Made by a program: the position numbers and the translations under genes. This document shows positions 43,949 through 51,486 of a DNA stretch of 64,000 nucleotides, piece after piece (positions within the stretch are counted from its first letter, which is position 1; every line of letters begins with the position of its first letter). The notes beneath the pieces were generated by a model that worked only from the letters and a program-made list of their open reading frames with translations, was not told the origin of the DNA and did no database searches. Where the stretch lies: assembly GCA_041594435.1 (NCBI GenBank), contig JBFHME010000002.1:939-64938 (forward strand), in the 5' to 3' direction. The DNA comes from Acidimicrobiales bacterium. Lineage in GTDB: Bacteria; Actinomycetota; Acidimicrobiia; Acidimicrobiales; SZUA-35.

Positions 43949-45184
43949 CTACGAGTCCAGTCCGTAGGCGGTGTGAAGGTGCTGGACGGCCTCCTCGGCC
44001 CGATCGGCGTTCACCACACAGCTGATGCGGATGGCCGAGGTGGAGATCATCTCGATGTTGATGCCGTTTTCGGCCAGCGTCTCGAACATCAGGGCGGCCA
44101 CACCGGGATTCGACTTCATTCCGGCACCGATCACCGACACCTTGCCGATGTTGGGATCGAGCGGCATCACCTGACCACCGATGCGGCCGATGATGTCGTC
44201 GGCCACCAACGCGTGGGCCCGGGCGGCGTCCTCGCTCGGCACGGTGAACGAGATGTCGGTGTTGCCCTGCTCCGACACGTTCTGCACGATCATGTCGACG
44301 TTGACGCCGGCCTCGGCCAGAGCCCGGAACAGGGTGGCGGAGATACCGGGTTTGTCGGGCACGTCGGCCACCGTGATCTTGGACTCGGACAGATCATGGG
44401 TCACGGCCCGGATGATCGGCTGTTCCATGTGATTCTCCAGTGCGAGTTGGCTTGTGTCATCGACCACCAGCGTTCCCGGTTCCCAGGTGAAGGCGGATCG
44501 GATGTGCAGGGGGACATGGTGGTTGTGGGCCACTTCGACCGACCGCATCGCCGGCTTGGGGCAGCCGGTCGCCGTCATCTCCAGCAGCTCGTCGAAGCTG
44601 ATCGAACTCATCTTGGTGGCCCGCGGCACCACCCGCGGATCGGCGGTGAACACGCCGCTCACGTCGGTGAACAGCTCGCATGATTCGGCCCCGAGCGCCT
44701 TGGCGAGGGCCACCGCCGTCGTGTCGGAGCCACCCCGTCCGAGGAACGTGACGTTCTTGTCCCCCGAGACGCCCTGGGAGCCGGCCACGACGGGCACGAT
44801 CCCGTTGTCGAGCGACTCCCGGATCCGGTAGGGATTGATCTGGAGGATCTTCGCGTTCTGATGGTTGGTGTCGGTCAGGAAACCGGCCTGGCTCCCCGTG
44901 AACGAATGGGCGGGCACGCCAAGCTCCCCGAGTGCCATGCACATGAGCGCGATGGCCTTCCGTTCGCCGGCGGTGATGAGCATGTCCATCTCCCGCCCGT
45001 CGGGATTCTTGGAGATCTGCGAGGCGACGTGGATCAGCTCGTCGGTTTCCTTGCCCATCGCCGAGACCACCAGGGTCACGTCGTCGCCACGGCGACGACA
45101 GCGGGCCACGTAGTCGGCCACGACCCGCATGCGGTCGGGATCGGCGACCGACGTGCCTCCGAATTTCTGCACCAGTAACGACAC
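43949..45184 (-). CDS. lysC: aspartate kinase
   Basis: The GTG start gives SLLVQKFGGTSV. The sequence continues VVSAMGKETDEL, GRGGSDTTAVALA and C-terminal ACT domains. An internal SD+ATG lies at 44428 (see findings). Confidence 0.9.
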   Translation of the reverse strand: MSLLVQKFGGTSVADPDRMRVVADYVARCRRRGDDVTLVVSAMGKETDELIHVASQISKNPDGREMDMLITAGERKAIALMCMALGELGVPAHSFTGSQAGFLTDTNHQNAKILQINPYRIRESLDNGIVPVVAGSQGVSGDKNVTFLGRGGSDTTAVALAKALGAESCELFTDVSGVFTADPRVVPRATKMSSISFDELLEMTATGCPKPAMRSVEVAHNHHVPLHIRSAFTWEPGTLVVDDTSQLALENHMEQPIIRAVTHDLSESKITVADVPDKPGISATLFRALAEAGVNVDMIVQNVSEQGNTDISFTVPSEDAARAHALVADDIIGRIGGQVMPLDPNIGKVSVIGAGMKSNPGVAALMFETLAENGINIEMISTSAIRISCVVNADRAEEAVQHLHTAYGLDS

Positions 45185-45244
45185 GAGGAATAACGGTAGC
45201 GCCCCGAGACCGAGCTGGAACCCGGTTTACGGCACCGATCGCCG

Positions 45245-46195
45245 GTGGAGAGGCCGATGTTGTCGGCTGCGGTGGATGGTGTGACGTCGAACTCGTCGCT
45301 GCAAGCGTTAGATTACACTTCCGTGGCTACTGAAAGACGAGAACGTCAGCGGGCCAATCGTGCGCTGAAACAGGAAATCGAGGAAAAGGTCGAAAAGAAG
45401 GAGCGGCGCCGGCAGGTCGGGTTCACCGCCGGCATCTTCGCCATCGCCGTGATGGCCGGGCTCGGCCTGCTCTATGTCGCCACCTCCGGCGGTGACGACG
45501 AGGTGGCGAGTGACGACGCGGCCGAACAAGAGGTCGTCGAGGAAACCACGACGACCGTCGCCGGCCCGGTGAGCGCCATCAGCGTGCCCGCTCCGGGCGG
45601 CACCATCGACGGGCCGACCGAATGCCCGGCCGCCGACGGCTCGTCCGATCGCATCACCACCTTCTCGGAGGCACCACCGATGTGTATCGACACCGCCGCC
45701 TCCTACACCGCCACGCTCGCCACCACCGCAGGCGACATCACCGTCGAGCTCGACGCCGCGGCCGCCCCGGAAACGGTGAACAACTTCGTGGTTCTCTCCC
45801 GCTACCACTACTACGACGGCACCCCGTTCCATCGCATCATTCCCGGGTTCGTGATTCAGGGCGGCGACGCCACCGGACCCAGCCCCGGACTCGGCAACCC
45901 GGGCTATCTGATCGCCGAGGAGCCGCCCGCCGAGCCGGGCGGCGACGAGACCGCCTATGAGATCGGATCCTTCGCCATGGCCAAGAGCGCCGGGCCGAAT
46001 GCCACCGGCGCACAGTTCTTCATCGTCACCGGGCCCGCCGGCGAGGCCTTGCCGCCGGAGTATTCGCTGTTCGGACAGGTGACCAACGGGATGGACGTGG
46101 TCACGGCCATCGAGTCGATCCCCACCACCGGCTCGCCGCAGGATGCTCCCACCGAGGAGATCTACATCAACTCGGTGACCATCACCGAGGGCTGA
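45245..46195 (+). CDS. membrane-anchored cyclophilin-type peptidyl-prolyl isomerase
   Basis: A basic N-terminus and one TM segment (FTAGIFAIAVMAGLGLLYV) come first. The cyclophilin core reads NNFVVLSRYHYYDGTPFHRIIPGFVIQGGD..GSFAMAKSAGPNATGAQFFIV. The start is uncertain; GTG 45323 is also possible. Confidence 0.8.
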   Translation: MERPMLSAAVDGVTSNSSLQALDYTSVATERRERQRANRALKQEIEEKVEKKERRRQVGFTAGIFAIAVMAGLGLLYVATSGGDDEVASDDAAEQEVVEETTTTVAGPVSAISVPAPGGTIDGPTECPAADGSSDRITTFSEAPPMCIDTAASYTATLATTAGDITVELDAAAAPETVNNFVVLSRYHYYDGTPFHRIIPGFVIQGGDATGPSPGLGNPGYLIAEEPPAEPGGDETAYEIGSFAMAKSAGPNATGAQFFIVTGPAGEALPPEYSLFGQVTNGMDVVTAIESIPTTGSPQDAPTEEIYINSVTITEG

Positions 46196-46205
46196 GACTC
46201 CTCGC

Positions 46206-46667
46206 CTACTCCGCCACGGATGCGATGTGTCGAGCTTCCCCCCGGACGTAGGTGCCGTAACCGCCGTGCCGCAACCGCACCTGGGTGGTGACGATGAACC
46301 CGGCGGCCCGCAGCTCGGCGGGGATGTCGCGTCGGTACCGACGCCCCGGCAGTTGTAGCAGCCGCCGCCAGCCGAGCCCGGCGGTCGGTTCGATGAAGAC
46401 GAGCAGGCCGTCGAGTTCGCGCACCAGCTCGCACAGGCGGGCGAGCGCATCGGCCGACCACCGCCACAGTGCCATCTCGGAGCCGACAACCACGCCGCGA
46501 CCCAGACCGCGGATCGTGTCCAGCTCGGCCGCCGGGTCCACACCGCCTATCCACCGGGCGGCAACGTTGCGTCTCGCCGCCTGCTCCTCCACCCGGCGTC
46601 GAACCTGATCCCGCGCCCCGCCCAGCGTCGTCTCCTGATCCCACGACGGCGTCGATCTGAATGTCAT
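46206..46667 (-). CDS. methyltransferase-like fragment (possibly degenerate)
   Basis: The segments ..GGVDPAAEL.. and ..ADALARLCELVRELDGLLVFIEP.. resemble the post-I and late motifs of class I SAM methyltransferases. No clear GxGxG motif is present in this frame. Confidence 0.3.
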   Translation of the reverse strand: MTFRSTPSWDQETTLGGARDQVRRRVEEQAARRNVAARWIGGVDPAAELDTIRGLGRGVVVGSEMALWRWSADALARLCELVRELDGLLVFIEPTAGLGWRRLLQLPGRRYRRDIPAELRAAGFIVTTQVRLRHGGYGTYVRGEARHIASVAE

Positions 46668-46870
46668 TGACGGAACCGTAGCGTCCCCGCGGTGCCGCGC
46701 TCACCGATCATCCCGCCCACTGCAGGGCCAGACCGACCACCGGCCGCCGCGTGAGCCGGAGGTGCCACAGGCCGCGTCGTCCATCCGAGATCCGCCGAGA
46801 CGGCCGAGCCGGGGCCGGCGAGGAAGGTGCCCGCCGAGCAGCCGGCGCCAGCCGATCGAGTGACGAGCGG

Positions 46871-47131
46871 TCAGCGCTGGATCGAACGGACTCTGGACAA
46901 GGGGTCGACGGTGGCGAGCACGAGGTCCCGAGGCGAGAGGGCTGCCGAATCGGGGCGGCGGAGTCGATCCAGCCACATCCCGGGATAGCGGGTGGGGGCG
47001 GTCGGAGGCGTTGCCTCGATCAGTTCAACGGGCGCTTCGATGGGCCGCTCGGCGACCGGCGAATCGGCCACGAGGGTCGAGCGGTGGGCGGCGGTTTCTC
47101 CGGTGTGAGGAGCGTGGATTGCTGTTGCCAT
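46871..47131 (-). CDS. hypothetical ORF divergent from the LysR gene
   Basis: This 86-aa ORF has no recognisable motif and a weak RBS. It ends at a TGA that is followed in frame by 68 more codons (see findings). Confidence 0.25.
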   Translation of the reverse strand: MATAIHAPHTGETAAHRSTLVADSPVAERPIEAPVELIEATPPTAPTRYPGMWLDRLRRPDSAALSPRDLVLATVDPLSRVRSIQR

Positions 47132-47226
47132 TGGCCCATCATCGCCGGAAGAAGTGCATGACGCAACCTACATGTGTTTCTACTTTTCAGCCGCTTTTGT
47201 CATGATTATCGGGCATACTCTTGCAC

Positions 47227-48087
47227 ATGCCACCTCCCCTTCAGCTCGACCTCGAGTCGATCCGCACCCTCATCTCCGTGGTCGATCACGGGGGTATGAC
47301 CAATGCCGCCCGACACCTTGACCTGAGCCAGTCCGCGGTCAGCCACAAGATCAAGCGCCTCGAGGAAAAGGTGGGGCGACCGCTCCTGATTCGCGACGGC
47401 CACGCCATACGCCCGAACCGCGACGGCCTGGCCCTCATCGAGGACGGGCGGGTAATGCTCGAACTCCACGACCGAGCCGCCTCACGACTTGTCTACGACG
47501 AACTGTCGGGGCGGGTCCGTATCGGCGCCAACGAGGACTTCTACGCGGACCGCCTCACGTCGGTCCTCGGGCGGTTCAGTCGTCTGCACCCTGACGCGAT
47601 GGTGCAGTTCACGTTTGCACCGACCGAGCAGCTGGCGGAACAGATCGATCGCGGCTCGATCGATCTCGCAATCATCCAGGTCATCGACGAGCAGCTTCGG
47701 ACCGACGACGTCGTTCTGTGGACCGATCAGCTGTTCTGGGTGACGTCGAGCCAATGGGACCATCAATCGACACCGATTCCACTCGTCAGTTTCGGTGAGG
47801 ATTGTTTTTATCAGGTCACCGGACGGCCCCAGCTCGACAACGCCGATCTCGACTACTTCGTCACGTTCTCCGGATCATCGACCGCCGCCGTCCTCGCCGC
47901 CGTCGAGGCCGGTTTGGGGGTCGGTTTGGTCCTCAGCCACTATCTCTCCGATCGGATCGTCGAATGGACGCCCCCCGTCGAGCTGGACCCGCTACCCCGT
48001 ATCCATCAGGTGCTGCGAACGGTGCCAGGCGAGAATCCCGACGTCTGCCGGGCACTTACCGAACTCCTTGCCAGCGAAATCCGTTGA
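47227..48087 (+). CDS. LysR-family transcriptional regulator
   Basis: The HTH reads LESIRTLISVVDHGGMTNAARHLDLSQSAVSHKIKRLEEKVG. The start is ATG 47227; the track uses TTG 47221. Confidence 0.85.
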   Translation: MPPPLQLDLESIRTLISVVDHGGMTNAARHLDLSQSAVSHKIKRLEEKVGRPLLIRDGHAIRPNRDGLALIEDGRVMLELHDRAASRLVYDELSGRVRIGANEDFYADRLTSVLGRFSRLHPDAMVQFTFAPTEQLAEQIDRGSIDLAIIQVIDEQLRTDDVVLWTDQLFWVTSSQWDHQSTPIPLVSFGEDCFYQVTGRPQLDNADLDYFVTFSGSSTAAVLAAVEAGLGVGLVLSHYLSDRIVEWTPPVELDPLPRIHQVLRTVPGENPDVCRALTELLASEIR

Positions 48088-48093
48088 TGGCGG

Positions 48094-48696
48094 TCAGTCG
48101 AACGCCAGGGCCTCACACCGGGTCACCGCCCGTTGTAGCGCCGACTCGTCATCAATGATCACGGCGGTCAACCAGACGCCGTTCTGCACCACCAGCATGT
48201 CGGCCGCCCGGCGCTCGATCTCCGGCCGATCGAGATCGGGGCGGGCGGCGGCCACCAGGTCGGCCAGACCGTCGAGATACCGCTCCTGAGCGGATTGATT
48301 GATGTCGGCGTAAGCGGGATCGACGCCGGCCAGCGACCACAGTTGCAGCCGGAGACTCAGATAGTCGGAGGCAAGGTACGCAGGGTCGACGGCCCGGCGG
48401 AGGCAGCGGCGGAGATGGTCGAGGGGATCCGCGCCCGGCTCGGGTGCCACCAGTTCCAGATCCTGCTCACCGATTCGACGGAGCGCCGCGCTGACGAGCC
48501 CCCGCTTGTCGTCGAAGTAGTAACCGGCGAGGCCCCGGGCCACACCGGCCTCCTGGGCGACCGCTCGCACACTGACGCCGGCCACCCCGTCACGGGCCAG
48601 TACGGCGAGGGTGGCGTCGAGGATGCGCTCGGAAGTCGACCGCTCGATCTCTCCCGCCGATCTTCCGGCAGACCGCTCGCCGCCGTGGCCGGCCAC
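48094..48696 (-). CDS. TetR-family transcriptional regulator
   Basis: The HTH reads ILDATLAVLARDGVAGVSVRAVAQEAGVARGLAGYYFDDKRGL. I trimmed the start to GTG 48696, 4 nt after the SDR stop. Confidence 0.8.
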   Translation of the reverse strand: MAGHGGERSAGRSAGEIERSTSERILDATLAVLARDGVAGVSVRAVAQEAGVARGLAGYYFDDKRGLVSAALRRIGEQDLELVAPEPGADPLDHLRRCLRRAVDPAYLASDYLSLRLQLWSLAGVDPAYADINQSAQERYLDGLADLVAAARPDLDRPEIERRAADMLVVQNGVWLTAVIIDDESALQRAVTRCEALAFD

Positions 48697-48700
48697 CGGC

Positions 48701-49471
48701 TCAGAACCGCATCTGCTGGACTTGCGCCGAGAGCCCACCGTCGAGCACCCAGAGCTGACCGGTGGCGTAGCGGGCCTCGTCCGATGCCAACCAGGTGACC
48801 AGGTTGGCCATGTCGGTCGGCGTGCCGATGATCCCGAGGGGATGGATGCGCTCGGCCTCGGACCGGGCGGTCTCAGGGTCGACCCCCGACGGATAGAACT
48901 GATCGAGCATCGGCGTGTCGATGTAGCCGGGGCAGATTGCGTTGACCCGGATTCCCTCGGGGCCGTGGTCGCAGGCCATCGCCCTGGTCAAGGCGTGAAT
49001 CGCCCCCTTGGTGGCGCAGTAGGCGGCCAGTTTCGGGTCGGCGATGTACCCGTCGTAGGAGCCGAAGTTGATGATCGAGGCGTGATCGGAGCGTCGCAGC
49101 AGCGGTAGTGCATGTTTGCAGGTCAGGAAGGTTCCGGTGACGTTGACGGCGAAGATCCGATTCCACTCCTCCAAGGTGGTGTTCTCGACCGTCTTCTCGA
49201 TCTCGATGCCGGCGGCGTTGACCACGATGTCGAGTCGGTCGGTCTCGGCTTCGATCCGACCGATGCCGTCGATCACCTGGTTCTCGTCGGTGACGTCGAA
49301 CCGCAGAAATCGCTCGCAAACCGGTTCGTCGCCGCCGATCGATCCATCGTGGGAGTGGTCTCCGGCGTACACGATGGCGCCTTCGTCGACGAAGCGACGA
49401 CAGACGGCCCGGCCCGCTCCCCCTCGACCTCCCGTGACCAGGGCGACCCGGCCCTCCAGCATCGCGCTCAT
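48701..49471 (-). CDS. short-chain dehydrogenase/reductase (SDR)
   Basis: I trimmed the start to ATG 49471, which overlaps the Rieske gene stop (ATGA). The sequence shows GRVALVTGGRGGAG, NAAGI and YCATKGA (the YxxxK motif). Confidence 0.8.
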   Translation of the reverse strand: MSAMLEGRVALVTGGRGGAGRAVCRRFVDEGAIVYAGDHSHDGSIGGDEPVCERFLRFDVTDENQVIDGIGRIEAETDRLDIVVNAAGIEIEKTVENTTLEEWNRIFAVNVTGTFLTCKHALPLLRRSDHASIINFGSYDGYIADPKLAAYCATKGAIHALTRAMACDHGPEGIRVNAICPGYIDTPMLDQFYPSGVDPETARSEAERIHPLGIIGTPTDMANLVTWLASDEARYATGQLWVLDGGLSAQVQQMRF

Positions 49472-50619
49472 CGAACCGAGTCGATTCCGGTGCCGGCGTG
49501 CCGTCGGTAGGCGTCGAGGACGAGACCGTGGAAGTGGTGGACCGCGTGTTCCGACAGGCCGGATCCCGACGGATCGTTGACGATCCGCCCCTGCTCGAAT
49601 GCCGGCGTCGACATACCGCGCTGCACACTCTCGACCAGTGCGATGTCCTCGACCTGGAGCACCTCGTCGAGGTAGCGGATCGCCTCCTGTTCGGCGTCGT
49701 TCGGCTCGGGGGTCTCGAGGAAGAAATCGTAGGTCTCGTGGGTGCGCGACGGTCCGGCGGGGATGATCTTCAACACGATGAAGTTGCCGCGTCCGGGATA
49801 GCGCAGCATGGCCGTGTTCGGCCACAGCCACCAGACGGCGTGGTCGGTCACGGTGGCCGCCGAGACGTCATAGGCGGTGTTGGCGGCCTTGCCGGCTTCG
49901 GCCATATGGCTCGAATACAGGTCGTGGGTGGTGACGGTGTAGGTGTCCATGTCGACCAGCGACACGAAGTCCTTGTGGGCGACATGGCAGTGATAGCACT
50001 CGAGGAAGTTGTCGACGACGTTCTTCCAGTTCGACTCGATGGTGTAGGTGAGACGGTGGGCGAAGGTCAGGTCGGCGACATCGGGGGCCCACCGGGCGAT
50101 CTCGGCGGCCAGGTCGGCGGCCGTCGTTTCCAGGGTCGGGGCCGACGGATCGAGGTTGACGAACACGAAGCCGCCGAACTCGGCGACCGCTACCGGTTCG
50201 AGGCAGATCGAGCCCGGGTCGAAGTCGACGAGGTCGCCGGTGTGGCGGGCGCTCGTGAGCCGGCCGGACAACTCGTAGGTCCAGGCGTGGTACGGGCAGA
50301 CGAGGCGGCGAACCGTGCCCTCCCCCTGCACGAGTTCATGGGCTCGATGCCGGCAGACGTTGTAGAAGGCCCGCAGCTCACCGACGAGGTCACGCAGGAC
50401 CACGATCGGCATGCCGGCCACCGAATCGGCCACATAGGCGCCCGCCTGGCGGAGCTTCTCGCCGTGGCAGATCCACTGCCAGGACCGCCTGATGATGGCC
50501 TCCTGATCGACGGCGAACCAGTGGTCGCGGGTGTAGGCGTCGGCGTGCAGTGACAGCGACCGGCCGGGATCGGGATGCCAACCGCGTCCAATGTCCATCG
50601 ACGGTCCGGACAGTCGCAT
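49468..50619 (-). CDS. Rieske [2Fe-2S] ring-hydroxylating oxygenase alpha subunit-like protein
   Basis: The Rieske motif is CRHRAHEL...CPYHAWTY. The catalytic-domain segment reads NFLECYHCHVAH. An alternative start lies at 50598. Confidence 0.8.
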   Translation of the reverse strand: MRLSGPSMDIGRGWHPDPGRSLSLHADAYTRDHWFAVDQEAIIRRSWQWICHGEKLRQAGAYVADSVAGMPIVVLRDLVGELRAFYNVCRHRAHELVQGEGTVRRLVCPYHAWTYELSGRLTSARHTGDLVDFDPGSICLEPVAVAEFGGFVFVNLDPSAPTLETTAADLAAEIARWAPDVADLTFAHRLTYTIESNWKNVVDNFLECYHCHVAHKDFVSLVDMDTYTVTTHDLYSSHMAEAGKAANTAYDVSAATVTDHAVWWLWPNTAMLRYPGRGNFIVLKIIPAGPSRTHETYDFFLETPEPNDAEQEAIRYLDEVLQVEDIALVESVQRGMSTPAFEQGRIVNDPSGSGLSEHAVHHFHGLVLDAYRRHAGTGIDSVR

Positions 50620-50640
50620 TCCTCAACGATACGGCAAAGA

Positions 50641-50656
50641 TTGGACGACCGTCCAA
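50641..50656. promoter_or_regulatory. 16-bp palindrome upstream of the Rieske-SDR-TetR operon (candidate TetR operator)
   Basis: TTGGACG-ac-CGTCCAA lies 22 nt upstream of the 50619 start. Confidence 0.4.
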
Positions 50657-50778
50657 ACCTCCGTCCACCGAACCGACCGGTGGACCGGGGACGCGGGCCG
50701 ATCCGCCGGCCGGCGCCACCTCAGCGGATCACCCGGCCGACCCCGGTCAACGGTGCCGAACACCGTATCCTGGTAGCC

Positions 50779-51486
50779 GTGATCGGTCGTGATCAACCGG
50801 TGGTTCCACCGTCCACGCCCTGGGAGTTTCCGGCACTCGACAGCCTGGCTCCCGGCGAGGACTTCGTCGCAGTCGGCGCCGACCTGGAGCCCGGCACCCT
50901 TCTGGGTGCCTACACGAAGGGCTATTTCCCCATGCCGGTCGACCGCAAGCACATCGGCTGGTTCAGCCCCGATCCTCGAGGCATCATCCGTCCGGCCGAC
51001 CTGAAGGTCTCCCGTTCGCTGCGCCGATCGGTGCGCCGCTACTCGGTGACGGTCAACGAGGCGTTCGACCAGGTCATCCACGCCTGCTCCGATCCGGCCC
51101 GTCCGATGGGCTGGATCGATCAGCGCATCCGACGGGCCTACACCCGACTGCATCGCCTGGGTTGGGCCCATTCGGTCGAAGTGTGGGACGACGTGGGCCT
51201 GGCCGGTGGACTGTACGGGATCGGCATCGGCGGGCTGTTCGCCGGGGAGTCGATGTTCCACCGTCGCACCGATGCCTCGAAGGTCGCGCTGGTTCACCTG
51301 GTTGATCTTCTTGGAACCGGCTCTGCCACCATGATCGATGTGCAGTGGTCGACCCGTCACCTGGAATCGCTGGGTGCCACCACGGTCACCCGGGATCGGT
51401 ACCGGCGGCTGGTCGCCGACGCGCTGGATCAGGGTGGGCCACTTCCGTGCTACGAGCCGACGATCGAGGAGCAACCGATTCCGTGA
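50779..51486 (+). CDS. aat: leucyl/phenylalanyl-tRNA--protein transferase
   Basis: I trimmed the start to GTG 50779 (alternative 50800). The sequence reads YTKGYFPM..IGWFSPDPRGII..SRSLRRS..GGLYGIGIGGLFAGESMFH. Confidence 0.8.
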   Translation: MIGRDQPVVPPSTPWEFPALDSLAPGEDFVAVGADLEPGTLLGAYTKGYFPMPVDRKHIGWFSPDPRGIIRPADLKVSRSLRRSVRRYSVTVNEAFDQVIHACSDPARPMGWIDQRIRRAYTRLHRLGWAHSVEVWDDVGLAGGLYGIGIGGLFAGESMFHRRTDASKVALVHLVDLLGTGSATMIDVQWSTRHLESLGATTVTRDRYRRLVADALDQGGPLPCYEPTIEEQPIP

